Assembly (NCBI GenBank): GCA_050575255.1
Contig: JBNZDD010013611.1
Span: 1,949,479-2,013,478, forward strand
DNA: 64,000 bases
Reading direction: 5' to 3'
From: Harriotta raleighana
Taxonomy: Eukaryota
The notes beneath the pieces were generated by a model. It ran no database searches. It was not told the DNA's origin and worked only from the letters and a program-made list of their open reading frames with translations. Position 1 is the first letter of the stretch, and every line of letters begins with the position of its first letter. This document shows positions 1-11,929 of this stretch, one piece after another. The translations under genes and the position numbers were made by a program.

Positions 1-16
1 GAGCTACAGGTACTCC

Positions 17-285
17 ACGCATTTCATGTCTTCTAGAGGTCTCAAAGCGCTTCACAGAATATACTGTAAAATGAATTGACTGTGTACATGCGTGCAAAAT
101 GTGGCAGCCAATTGCGCACAGCTGTGTCCCACAAATGGATTGAAATGACCAATTTATTATTTTTTTGAGTGATTATTATCGGGCATGCAGAGTAAGAAAA
201 CTTGTCCAAGGTTTCGCCCTGCCTGGAATCGAACCCTTGTCTCTCGCTTGTAAGGTGAGTGCTCTAACCACTGAGCTAAAGGACT
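17..285 (-). mobile_element. tRNA-derived SINE with L2-type tail
   Basis: Reverse complement carries tagctcagtggttagagcactc...ggttcgattcc (A/B boxes), the ttcttactc...ataataatc body and the tail ...attctgtgaagcgctttgagac. Confidence 0.85.
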
Positions 286-578
286 GCATGTACTCCATTA
301 AAGTACCCTAAATGGAATCACTACCTGTTTGAAGCTATGTTCATATGGCAAACCTGACTGAGTGCCAGCTCATTCGAATTGATATTGTCAGTCAACTTCT
401 ACATCGAACGCAAAAGCAACGACTGAAGATTAAAAGCCTTCCCGCAGGGCTCAACAAGTGACTCAGTTGACAAATTCACTGCCCAGCGTGGAGTCGTACA
501 GAGCAGGAAAATCCGGTCTAGTCTTAACTTGGCAATCATATGAAGTCAAGGACAATCACGGGAAAATGAGACACTTAC

Positions 579-610
579 CTGCTTTGTCAGCTTCTTTGCC
601 TGCTGTGTTT
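579..610 (-). CDS. MICU2: MICU2 micro-exon (equivalent to human exon 3), 32 bp, phase 1 to phase 0
   Basis: tctcattttatcccccag|AAACACAGCAGGCAAAGAAGCTGACAAAGCAG|gtaagt. Joined to the trailing A of the upstream exon it reads KTQQAKKLTKQ (human, as recalled, RKTSVKKLTKK). Phases are compatible. Confidence 0.9.
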
Positions 611-1334
611 CTGGGGGATAAAATGAGATAAAAATGTAGAGTTGTTATTAAACACCAAAAGTCATTGCTTTTCGACTCGGTCAACGGCGTTTGTAGCAAG
701 TGAGAAACAAAATATTGGTTACGCAAAATACCTCACTGAGTGGCAACCCTGGGCANGGCGTTTGTAGCAAGTGAGAAACAAAATATTGGTTACGCAAAAT
801 ACCTCACTGAGTGGCAACCCTGAGAGTCACACAGTCCAGAGTCTTGAAAATTTTTCAACGTGTCGTTCTCATTTTTGTATCACCAACTATGTGGTTACCA
901 GGTTAAATATTCTATTACATTTTCACCCCATCTCTCTGAAAACGCATCTCAACAACAAAAACAACAGAGCCATCCATGCCAGACGGAGTCTCAGTAGGAG
1001 GTTCAGATCCAGGGATGAGAAACACAACACAGAACACGGTTAGAAATTCTACACAGGCTTCATTGATTGATCATTAGCCCCACTTTGTTCATATATCTTT
1101 GCCCCAAAGTCGCTTGTTGCAGCCATGGGAGTTAGCTGGTGGCATCTTCACATCTGTCACATTTCAGGCCAGTTCACAAAATGCTGCGTTAACTTAACGT
1201 TGGAATAAATAGGGTTGTCTTTCCCCGAAGCCCGCACTTGCAACTCAAGGTATCATGTGACATTGTTTCCGCTGCGAGAGAAGAGAAATGGATGGGATTC
1301 ATGTGTTGATGTTAGTGGCATGTCATGCAGGGTT

Positions 1335-1490
1335 TAGGAACTTAGGTAGGCCATTCAGCCCCTGAATCCTGTTCCGCCATTCTATTAGATCATGGTTAAT
1401 CTGTACCTCAACTCCATTTACAACCTCCATATCCCTTGATACCCTCACCTAACAGGTATCTATTCATCTCGGACTTGAAAATTCCAATTG
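1335..1490 (-). mobile_element. CR1 LINE 3' end fragment
   Basis: gtaggccattcagcccc...agatcatgg, the same 3' UTR as the CR1 copy at 20808. Confidence 0.65.
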
Positions 1491-1560
1491 ATTGACAGAG
1501 AAGAGTTAGTAGTGAATTCCTCCTCAGTTATGTATTGTACTTCACGTTCCTATTCATAAT

Positions 1561-1945
1561 ACAACAACAAAATTACATTTGTATAGAGCCTTTAACGTTG
1601 GGAGGACGTCCCTGGGCAGACCTGAGCAGGGGTCGGGATCAGGGAGGATGGATGGAAGGGATGGGCAGGGGGGTGTCCGATGGCATGGCTGGAGAGAAAG
1701 ATCTTGAGGCGGGACTTGAAGGAGGCTAGGGAGGGGGCGAGATATAAGGATTGCAGAATGGGGCATAGTGGCTGAATGCTCACTCGCCACAGGTGGGTCA
1801 GGGGACATGGAGCAAGCAGGAACCCGTTGAGTAGAGGGGGCGAGCTGGTTGATAGTGGGTTAGAGATCACAGGGAGGTGGGGGTGGGGGAGAGGTGGGTG
1901 GGTGTGGGGAGCGGAAAGACCATGGAAGGCTTTGAAGGTGAAAAT
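1561..1945 (-). mobile_element. L2 LINE 3' fragment
   Basis: FTFKAFHGLSAP...SLASFKSRLK C-terminus of L2 ORF2 plus (GTT)n tail. Confidence 0.85.
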
Positions 1946-3049
1946 ACAGTTATGTATTTTATACATATCTGTATTTTAAATGTAAATAATACATCATGGA
2001 ATAACTTCAAAGGGATGTAACTGACAGCTTGAGAGCAATTGTGTGCTAATATTTTTTTGCTGTTTGATCAAAGAAAGAGATCAGCGACTTTTATAGAGGC
2101 TTTGAATATGCATGAATGAGTAACAAAAATCAGAATTGGAGTCACAGAGAGAACGGGGCTAAAAAGATAGACAAAGCTGATCAATACCATATAAAGACAG
2201 AAAATAAAGGGATAGAAATTCAACCTGGTTGTATTTCAAAGTGTCCAAAATTTGGCAAACTCTTAAAATTTAATCTGGTTTCCTGCAAATTCTCTTAAGA
2301 GGTATAGAAAACCAACTCTAACAACAACTTGTATTTATATACCATTATTTATATACCGTTCTTCATACATCTTAAAGAGTGCTGAAAGTTAGATTTATTG
2401 TAAATTCTTTGAAGAACTACAGAAAATCACACGGTTAAGATGGAATTTACCAAATTCTGGAGGCGCTCAAATGCTAAGAAAATAGAATAAATCTAGACCC
2501 AGGTGGATTTTCTGTGCAAAAATGTAAATTTGTCTTATAATTTGTACGTAAAATGGTAAAAAGATGCAGGAATGGATAAAAGACATCTGTTGAAAAGTGG
2601 AAAGGTCAGTGGGATAATTAACAAAACGATAAAAATGGTTCTGATGAAAAAATAAATCTTATTTCATATCACAAACGACATAAAATAAAACTGTTACTGT
2701 AGCCCTGCCTGCCAGTGAATCAGAACATTTTTTCAAATAAAAAAAACTTTCATGTGAAGTAATCCTAAACATAATTTCTCACATCAATTGGGAAAAGGAT
2801 AAAAAGCTGAGATGTAAGATTGATAAAAGCATAAAAGTTACTCAATAAATTTAAATTACTCACAAGATACAGCTGAGAATAAAAGATTAACTTTCGTTCA
2901 TTTACTGATGATAGGTAAGCTTGTTAGCTCACCTACAAAATGCAGTCATTACGCTTAATACAATATCCTGTGAAGCACTTTGAGATGTTCTCCTATTGTG
3001 ATAAAAATTCTCTTAACCTCTACCTTTGCTCTTTTGGTAATTATCTTAA

Positions 3050-3420
3050 ATCTATATCCTCCAGTATCAACTCACCGGTCAGTGGAAATAATTTCTCCAG
3101 TGTACTTTATCGAAATCCCTCAGAATTTTAAGGACGTCTATCACATTTCCTTCTCAATCTTCTCTGTCCTACAAAAAACAGCCCCGCTTTCTCCAGTCTT
3201 TTTCCTTAAGTAAAACCACTCACCCCTGGTATCTTCCCAATGAATCTCATCAGCATCCTCTCTGCAGCTCTGACATCCTTCCAATTGTGGGGGGTGTTCA
3301 AAACTAGATGCAATATTTCAACTGCAGCTGAACTAACTATTTATATAGGTTTTGCTCTTATATTCTTTCCTCCCATTGATAAAACCTAAGGTCTAATTTA
3401 TTTTGGGATTACTTTAACAA
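3050..3420 (-). mobile_element. Old CR1 LINE fragment (a further degraded piece lies at ~3860-4300)
   Basis: Degenerate similarity to the CR1 RT 3' region at 21000-21450. Confidence 0.5.
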
Positions 3421-3552
3421 TTTACATTAACTCTTAGTTTGCTTCTCGCTGATCCTATTAAAGTTTTCCCATTTAATATACATTTCTTCTTCTGGGAATA
3501 CAACAGCTCCTACATTTCTGCAATGAGTGCCATGTGTCATCTATTGGATGCT

Positions 3553-3858
3553 CAGTGGTAGCTCAGTGATTAAAGCACTCGCCTTACATGTGTGAGACCT
3601 GTGTTCGAATCCAGGCAGATCAGGGCGAAACCGTGGGCAAATTTCCTTACTCCATGTGCCTAATAATAATCCCTCCAAAAATAATTGGTTATTTTCAATC
3701 TAAGACTGTTTGTGGAACACAGCTGTGCCCAATTGGCCTCCGCATTTCACCCACAAATATACAGATAATTCACTTTACAGTATATTCTATAAAGCGCTTT
3801 GAGATGTCGATAAGATGTGAAAAGCGCTATATCAAATGTAAGGATTATTATTATTATT
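3553..3858 (+). mobile_element. tRNA-derived SINE, near full length
   Basis: gtagctcagtgattaaagcactc...gttcgaatcc head; tail aaagcgctatatcaaatgtaaggattattattattatt. Confidence 0.9.
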
Positions 3859-4324
3859 GACCCAATCCACTAATCTTTCTAAGTCTCCCAGAAGTCACAT
3901 AATCACATAACAGTCCTTGTCACAGTTAGTCATAGTCATTTTGTGTCATCTGAAAAGTTTGATATTGTGCCCTTCATACCTTTATAAATGTCAAGATCAT
4001 TTATATAAGTGAACTGGGGGAACACTTCAACTGTTTACTCTGAAACAGCATCCATTTACCTCCAGTTTTCTGTCCTCAGTGAATGTTCTATCCATGCTAT
4101 CACATTTCTGTCCATATTTTGTACTTTAATGTCGTCTATAAAACATCTTATCAACGGTCTTTGGAAATCCCATATACAGTATAACATCTGATGTTTCTCC
4201 TATCAATGCTCTGGTATTTCCTCAAATTACTCTTAATAAATTTATCAAACTAGACTTTTAGTTACCCGGCTTATTGCCCTTTCTCCTTTTTTGAAAATGG
4301 GTGTTTCATTGGCAACCCTATTTA

Positions 4325-4530
4325 TTTTAGGGGATACCACAACAATTTGCACAAAACAATGCCCCCAAACAGCCATGAAGTGAGCGACCAATTTTATTTG
4401 GGTTCTGTTGATTAGGACACTGGGGGAAACTTCCTTCTCTTTTTGAATCGTGCCAAGGGATCTTTAAGATCCGCCCGATGGTACTTTGGATTAATGTCTC
4501 ATCTGAAAGACAGTACCTACAACAATACAC
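4325..4530 (-). mobile_element. Deu-domain SINE fragment
   Basis: Reverse complement: ctttcagatgagacattaatcc...aaagatcccttggcacgattc. Confidence 0.7.
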
Positions 4531-4927
4531 TTTAAAATGATATCCCTTTGGTTATTAAGCTCAATGACCAGTTCCTATTTTCTCATGTTCCTAGAGTACG
4601 AATGACCATGTGCCTTAGGAGCTATGCTACTGAATCAGTTGTGATCTCAGTGATCAAGTGCATTTTTAAACAATGTTAATCATGCAGGTCTGTACATTTT
4701 TAACTGGTATGGTAACCACAATTATGTTGGTTGCAGATGTCTTCATCATGATAGGCTTTGGGCTATTCACTGAAGTGTCTATGGTGTGCAGTGTTGGTTT
4801 TTATACAGCTTAATTGGATAATTTAGAAGTACTTTACAGTGTGCATTAACGTTTTTCAGTCTGAGAATGTTTCGATGCAGCTTTGATCATTTTCGGGCAG
4901 TCTTGCTTGGAGCATATATTATCTGTC

Positions 4928-5260
4928 TGGCTCAGTTGGAGGCACTCACACCTCTGAGTCACAAGGTTGTGGGTTCAAACCCCACATAAGACCTTTGAAC
5001 TCGTAGTCTAGGCTGACACTCTGATACAGTGCTGGGGGATTGCTGCATTCGGAGGAGGTTAAAAATCCCCTGGCACTACTTGAAAAGAAAAGGGAGTATC
5101 TTCATGGTGAAAATTACCCAGATAAAATTGGACATTCAATCCATGGCTGTTTGTGGAATATTGTTGTATGTAAATTGCCTGCCGTGTTCATGTATAACAT
5201 TTCTGATCATTACAATTTATAGTACGTTTTGTGAAGCGTTTTGAAACATCCTTCCAACGT
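4928..5260 (+). mobile_element. Deu-domain SINE (SacSINE1/AmnSINE-like)
   Basis: ggctcagttggaggcactc...ggttcaaacccc head; tctaggctgacactc...cagtgctggggga core; L2-like tail. Confidence 0.75.
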
Positions 5261-5267
5261 CAAAGAT

Positions 5268-5648
5268 AACAACAACAACAAAATTACATTTGTATAATGC
5301 CGTTCACGTCGGGAGGATGTCCCAAGGCGCTGGACAGTCAGTGTTTCAGACCTGAGCTGGGATTGAGTTTGGGGAGGTGGAGGGCAAGGGGGTGGAGGGG
5401 AGTGACTGATGGGACCGTCAAAGAGGAAGGGCTTGAGGCGGGACTTGAAAGAGGCTTGGGAGGGGCCGAGGCGGAGGGACTGCGGAAGGGAATTCCAGAG
5501 GTTGGGGGCGCTCGCCCACTGATTGTGGGATAGGTGGGTCGGGGGAAATGGAGCAGGCCAGAGCCCACTGAGTGGAGGCAGTGGGCAGGTTGGTAGAGGG
5601 TTAGGAGGTCACAGAGGTAGGATGGGGCAAGCCTATGGAGGGCTTTAA
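5268..5648 (-). mobile_element. L2 LINE 3' fragment
   Basis: (AAC)n followed by aaaattacatttgtat on +; reverse complement matches the L2 ORF2 C-terminus. Confidence 0.85.
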
Positions 5649-5820
5649 TACTTCAATAGTACTCTATATAAAATGGAAATTGTTATTTATAATGCTTGAT
5701 CTAGGAGCTCCCTGTAAAATAAATTTAAAAATAAACCTTACATTTGACATGATCGGACAAAATCGTTGATTTGTCCCTGAGCTGAAACGATATTCAGTGA
5801 TGTAATAATATTTCAGCATA

Positions 5821-6040
5821 AATAATAATCTTTGCATTTGATATAGCACTTTTCACATCTTCTAGATGTCTCAAAGCACCTCACAGAATATACTGTAAAG
5901 TGAAATGACATTTCTTCTTGAGGGACTATTTTCAGGCGTATGGAGTAAGGAAACTTGCCCAAGGTTTCGCCCCGCTGGGTATCGAACCCAGGTCTTTTGC
6001 CTGCGGAGTGAGTGCTCAACCACTGAACTACAGAACTCCC
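5821..6040 (-). mobile_element. tRNA-derived SINE (internally deleted)
   Basis: Tail aataataatctttgcatttgatatagc and head gaacccagg...aaccactgaactac on +. Confidence 0.85.
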
Positions 6041-6567
6041 ATTATAATGCAGTTTGTGAAAGATGTGAGTTATGGAGGTACGGGACTGTTCCATTGTATA
6101 ATCAGAACAAAGCTTTAAAGGCTCGAACCTTCCATCTCTTCGAGGTAACAGAAACATTTGATATCAGGCAAGTGCAAAAATCCACACAGCACAATGGGAA
6201 AATTCAGTGAAGCCCTCATTTCAACTGTGTAGGTATCAAGTAGAATGTGTCTTCACAGAAGGGAAACTGTGCTTTGGCGGATACACAACTCTGAAAATAA
6301 CTCTGCTGTCTATTCTGTTGGAAACTGACTTTGAAATGACACAAGTTAAAGAAACAAACCTATTATTGGCATGCCCTCGACACAACTGTCATCACAAGCT
6401 TGTCAATAATCACTGGTGTTAAAGCTCAACAGTAATATGCATGTAGAGGACAAGATAAGACTATTGTGGTCCAGCTAGCCTGTTCCAAAGGACTGTAACT
6501 TACTTTAACAAATGATATAATAATAAATAATGTTAAACTATGCCGTTTCATCCTCTTTAACCAGTGT

Positions 6568-6925
6568 AATAATAATCTTTGCATTTGATACAGCACTTTT
6601 CACGTGTTCTAAATGTCTCAAAGCGTGTCACAGAATACAACAACAACAAAATTATACTTGTATAGCGCCTTTCACATCAGGAAGATGTCACAAGGGTGTT
6701 GTAAATTGAATTCACTGTATATTTGTGGGGGAAACATGGCAGCCAATTGCACACAGCAGTGTCCCACAAACAGTCGTGGATTGAAATGACCAATTTATTG
6801 TTTTTTTTGAGGGATTACTATCAGACGTGTGGAGTAAGGAAACTTGCCCAAGGTTTTGTCCTGGAATCAAACCCAGGTCTCTTGGTTACAAGGCGAGTGC
6901 TCTAAGTACTGAGCTACAAGGCTCC
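6568..6925 (-). mobile_element. tRNA-derived SINE containing a short L2 3'-tail insertion (6638-~6700)
   Basis: SINE tail, body and head interrupted by caacaacaacaaaattatacttgtatagcgcc. Confidence 0.8.
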
Positions 6926-7239
6926 ACAATCAATTTTGATTTGCCAGGAGGGAAGTGTATTGGCTGACAATCCTCCAGATTAATTGGTCATTCACCTCAA
7001 TCCTCAATTTATGGGCATTTTGCTCAAGCAAAAACCTGCCTTATTTTCTTGTATTTATTATCTGTCTCCCTCATTGGTCTATTGCACAAACAAACAACAG
7101 TGTGAAATAATTAAATCTGTAGTGCTTGCTAACTTCCTCACTTCTGATCTCGAGTCAGTTTCTCTCCTTGTATTATATTTTAGAATCTTGTTAAATATAT
7201 ATTTTTTTGTTGACATTTTGGACATATCATGTTTATCAA

Positions 7240-8346
7240 CTAGCTCAGTGGTTGAAGCACTTGCCTTACAAGTGTGAGACCTGTGTTCGAATCCAGGCAG
7301 ATCAGGATGAAACTTTCGACAAGTTTTCTTACTCCACACGCCTAATAATAATCCCTTCAAAAAAACCCACAATAATAAAAGTGATTTAAAGTCATTTCAA
7401 TCCACGACTGTTTGTGGGACACCCCTGTGCGCAACTGGCTTCGTGGTTTGCCCACAAATATACAGTCAATTCACTTTACAGTATATTCTGATGTTCTGAC
7501 TGTGTGTCTGACTGACATTGATTCAAGACTGCTCTCTCCACCTCTCAAAGCCAGTCAGGAATCTGGGCGTCTTGTTTGACCCCGAACAGTCCTTCCTCCC
7601 TCATATCCGCTCTCTGACCAGTAGAGCCTTCCACAAATCTGTAATATTGCCAGGCTCCGCCACTACCTCACCCCCCATGCCACCGAAACGCCTTCGTCAC
7701 ATCTAGGCTCGACTATGGGAACTCTCTCCTCGTTGGCCTTCCCAGCTCCTCCCTTCACAGGCAGCAGAACATTCAGAATTCTGCAGCTCGTATACTCTCC
7801 CAGGCTTTGTGATCACATCACCCCACCCTCGCCCATCTCCACTGGCTCCCCATCCCCCAGAGGATCGAATTAAAGATCCTTGTCCTCACCTTCAAGGCCA
7901 TCCACGGCCTTGTCCCCGCTTATCTCTCCGACCTGCTGTCTCCCTATCAGCCTGCCCGCACCCTCCATTCAGGCCTGCTCTGGGTCCACCACCCTAACCG
8001 CCCAACCATCGGTGGCCGGGCTTTCAGCCTCTCTGCCCCCACACTCTGGAACTCCATCCCACAGTCCCTCCACCTTGCTTGCTCCCTTTTCTCCTTCAAA
8101 GCCGGTCTCAAGACCTTCCTCTTCGACCGCACCATCGACTCCCTCCCCTGACTCTTCCCCCTCTCCCTATCCCCGACCCTGCCCCCCTGCTCGGGTCCCG
8201 AGCTGACTGTTCAGCTTTGGGACGTCATCCCAACGTGAAAGGTGCTATACAAGTGTAATTTTGTTGTTGTTGTTGTATTCAGTGAAGCGTTTTGAGACTT
8301 CTAGAAGACGCGAAAAGCTCTATATCAAATTCAAGGATTATTATTA
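7240..8346 (+). mobile_element. tRNA-derived SINE split by an L2 insertion (~7491-8275)
   Basis: SINE breaks at gtatattctg (7481-7490) and resumes at tattcagtgaagcg (8276). The intervening sequence is the L2 ORF2 3' end with a (TTG)n tail; imperfect TSD tattctg/tattcag. Confidence 0.88.
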
Positions 8347-9007
8347 TATACCAACTTTTCCCATGTTGTCTAGGTGGCCTATTGGCTGATTCAGAAAACA
8401 ATCTTGCTTAAAGCCAGATTAAAAATGGATTGTTCCCATCACTTTCGTGTCCCTAAAGGTGCTTGTCTGCCTTCCCATGCACCTGTGTGCTCTATTCATT
8501 TTAAAAACAGACGAGCATCGCAATTTCAATTCCCTTTCTGTGTTTCATCAATTCAAGCAAGGTCGCCGAACAACGAAAAGATGAAAACCACAACTGAAGC
8601 TTACAGACCGCAGATGTAAATGGCACATCTGAAGGTAATATTTAACAATATGTTTCTGAAAGACCAACAACCGATCCAACATCTGCTCCTGGTTTCCCTG
8701 AACATGGAAGATAACATACTACGCTGTCATTTCCAACCAAATCCGTGCCAGTTGTTCAAATCGACGTATATTAAATACTTGAAAAAACTCTAGAATGCCT
8801 TTGTTAAACAATCGTATGCATCCAAACGATTTTGTGGGGGGGGAAACATATTCCTTTTTCTGTTATAAATTGCTTGAAATAAACGAAGCTCCTCTCTCCA
8901 CTTAAATCACATTCCCCCAACTTTTTTTTTAAAACACAAAACAAAGTTCCCACCAATCTGACCGTAACTCCCACTCGAAACAATTAAAATTCCTCAAATT
9001 CTGAGCT

Positions 9008-9160
9008 CCCCTGATGTCTCAGCACGTTTGTCAACTGAATGGCTGAGCTATTCCAACCAGGAAGTTCCCAGATTCAATCCTCAGTGTTGTTCAATTAACT
9101 GATATTAACTGGGATGGTAGAAGGGCCACCAGAATTCACCTGAGCTCTGTATTAGGATTC
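9008..9160 (+). mobile_element. Old tRNA-like SINE, third family (related copies at ~445-530, 11020-11200 and 41000-41210 on -)
   Basis: Shared ccctgatg(g/t)ctcag...ctgagc...ccaggaagttcccagattcaatcc head. Confidence 0.45.
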
Positions 9161-9164
9161 CTAT

Positions 9165-9760
9165 CTCTTGGTACAGCAAGCAACTAGGAAGGCTAATGGC
9201 ATGTTGGCGTTCATTACAAAAGGGTTAGAATATAAGAGTAGGGAAGTCTTGCTGCAATTGTAAAGGGCCCTGGTGAGACCGCACCTAGAGTATTTTGTGC
9301 AGTTTTGCTCTCCTTATTTAAGAAAGGACATACTTGCTTTAGAGGGGGTGCAGCATAGATTCACTAGATTGGTTCTTGGGATGAGGGGGTTGACCTGAGG
9401 GTAGGTTGAGTAAACTAGGCCTATTTTCTCTAGAACAGCAGTTCTCAATCAGGGGGTACAAAATTACTTCCAAGGGGTACAGGTGGCAGTACATTGATTT
9501 ATTTAGCTCTCTTATTTAGCATTATATGGTTTTCCAAATTGTATATTTAATTGTTATTCCCCTAGTTTTGCATGTGCTAGTTATATAAGGAAAGCTTGGT
9601 CATAAAATGCAAGTGGAATGAGGGGGGCTGGTGTGTGTTTGTATGTGGTTGGGTGGAGGTACACGATAATGTTGAAAATGAATAAGGGGTACATTACTGA
9701 AAAGGGTTGAGAACCACTAGTCTTAGAATTAGAGGTGATCTTGTAGAAACCTATAACCTG
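9165..9760 (+). mobile_element. CR1 LINE RT 3' fragment interrupted by a hAT MITE
   Basis: aaggctaatggcatgttggcgttcatt...gagtagggaagtcttgctgcaattgta, closely similar to the CR1 at 21177-21500. Confidence 0.85.
9436..9719. mobile_element. hAT (Charlie-like) non-autonomous DNA transposon
   Basis: Terminal inverted repeats cagcagttctcaa / ttgagaaccacta; imperfect 8-bp TSD ctctagaa / tcttagaa. Confidence 0.75.
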
Positions 9761-10460
9761 ACACTTGAATGCAGCGCTGGGCGGAAGCTATGTTGTTGGA
9801 GATGCCACCTTTCAGATGAGATGTTAAACTGGGGTCCATTTTGTCTTTTCAGGTGGATATTAATGATCTTGTGGCACTATTCCAAAAGAGAAGCGAGTTT
9901 CTCCTGGTGTCCTGGCCAACATTCTTCTAGATAAAATTCATAATTTCTACCTGATTTTACCCCTCACCCACCTTTCCCTCCCTCTTCCCCCTTGCCCCCC
10001 ACCTCCCCCCTTTCTTCCCTGATTTCCCCCTTGCCCTCCCTTTCTCCCCTCCCATTTCCTGCCTTATTTTACCTCACCCCACCTTTCCCTCCGTCTCCCC
10101 CCTTACCCCCTTCTCCCCCGGCCCAACTTCCGCGACTGTTTGTGGGACACTGCTGTGCGCAATTTGGCTGCCGTGTGTCGCTCACAAATATACAGTTGGT
10201 TTTTCCTGCTCTCCTTCCCCCTACCCCGACCCCTTTCTTGCCATCTTTTCCCCCTTTCTCCCCTAGCCCCAATTCCATGGGACACTGCTATGTGCAATTT
10301 GGCTGCCGTGTTTCGCCCACTAAGATAGTCAATTTTTTCCTATTTTCCTTCCCCTGACCCCTAGCTCCCCCCTGCCCCTGCTCTGATCCCTACTCGTACA
10401 GCTCCTTGGGACGTCCTCCCGATGTGAAAGGCGCTATATAAATGTAATTTTGATTGATTG
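9760..10460 (+). mobile_element. Deu-SINE body, C/T-rich low-complexity tract (~9950-10120), duplicated SINE tail segments and an L2 3' tail
   Basis: ctttcagatgagatgttaaactgggg core; tgggacactgct(g/a)tg...ttggctgccgtg occurs twice; ends gtgaaaggcgctatataaatgtaattttgattgattg. Confidence 0.7.
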
Positions 10461-11342
10461 ATCATTCACATCACAGCCATTCGTGTTACCGTAAGTACTG
10501 TATACAAACTGGCTGTTGCCCTCACCTGCACAATACAGTTATCACACATTACAGTAGATCCTGTGAAACCCTTTGGGAGGACCTCCTGATGCGAAAGGAA
10601 CCTTGTCAAATGCAATAGGTATCATTATGAAAAAACATCCTTAACTTCTTTGCAATAAAGAGTTAATCCAATTCTGCATGCTGGTGGTGCAATAGTCACT
10701 AATATGCCATATATATCTTTCAGCACCTTTCAAGCATAACAGAATCACTGCCAGCAATGTCCAGACAAACCTACTGTGTTGATCTTACAAGGGCTTGACT
10801 TTACTAAAACTGGATTATCCAGTCTCAAGTTATGACCTGTTACATTTTGTGATTTGTGATGCGCTCTTCGAGTAATAAGTAACATATGGCACCTACAAAG
10901 ATTTTATTAAACCTAAAATGAGAAAACAATCTGTACAAAATTCATAAATGCTTATAGTTATATTTTCTTTTCGATAATAGTTAAATGACTAATTTTCAAA
11001 GTCAGACCAACTCATGCCTTCCCTGATGGCTCAGCTGATAAAGCCACTGTTCAGTGTAAGACTGAGCCACGCAATGCCACAAGATTCTCGGTTCGGGACA
11101 TTGTCTCTCGTTGATTTCAGCCAGGGCTACTCTTACGTCTCAGTGTCCTCAGTGTCTCTGATCTAGAGAAGAGAAAAATCAACCTTGGATTCTATTTTGA
11201 GGCACTATTTGCCTTCAAATAAATTGTTTTGCCTATAAAATGCAGTCAATTCACTTTACACTGTATTTTACGAAGCACTTTGAGACGTTTTCAAAGAAGC
11301 AACAAGACACTATAGAAAACGAAAGCATTATTATTATTATTA

Positions 11343-11929
11343 CAGTAAAAGCACGGGACCTGGCCATCGCCGGTTAAACGGCTTTCCGGTTGAACTTTTT
11401 TTTAATAAAAAATGTAAAATTATTTTAACACATACCATACTAATAATAGACTAAATAATAACAGATAATAACAATATTGTATGGATATTTTATTGTAAAT
11501 GTTGTACATTGTAACATAAATAATAGAGTAAATACAGTAATAACAGTTACTGTAATAACAGAATATTGTACAGCTACTTAATTGTAAATATTGTACATAC
11601 TATATAAATAATAGACTAAATACACTTATAACATACTATAATAACAGAATATTGTATTGGTATATTGTATTATTTATACTTAACTTCTGCAATGTCCGCT
11701 ACGGGAGGAAAACAAAATGGCAGCGCGACTTTTAAAAAAACAGCGACTTTAGGCCGACTAGCGGCCAGCTGATATACCTGCCCAGTACTCGCGTGCGACA
11801 ATCGATTCATTAAATGCGTCATTGCTATTCTGCCGAATAACTTCTGGTTTATCGAATCGGGACCTTTTTGAGATGCCGGTTCAACAGGTTTTCCGATTCA
11901 TTGAGTTATGGATAAACGGGCTTTTACTG
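11343..11929. mobile_element. Tigger/pogo-like (Tc1/mariner superfamily) MITE with an internal ~80-bp AT-rich tandem array
   Basis: TA|cagtaaaag ... cttttactg|TA; ends match the element at 41643-42905 in opposite orientation; inserted into a (TTA)n SINE tail. Confidence 0.85.

Noticed and set aside
3553-3630. tRNA gene (also 210-285, 5970-6040, 7240-7300, 51829-51900, 53722-53790)
   Set aside because: A/B boxes are followed by the shared SINE body and tail, and the copies are mutually diverged; these are SINE heads.
9992-10357. Proline-rich ORFs (also 7880-8206, 34556-35023, 50763-51296)
   Set aside because: Translations of C-rich low-complexity DNA or L2 3' ends.
11430-11680. CRISPR-like repeat-spacer array
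   Set aside because: Degenerate contiguous minisatellite inside a MITE, with no unique spacers, no cas genes and a eukaryotic context.
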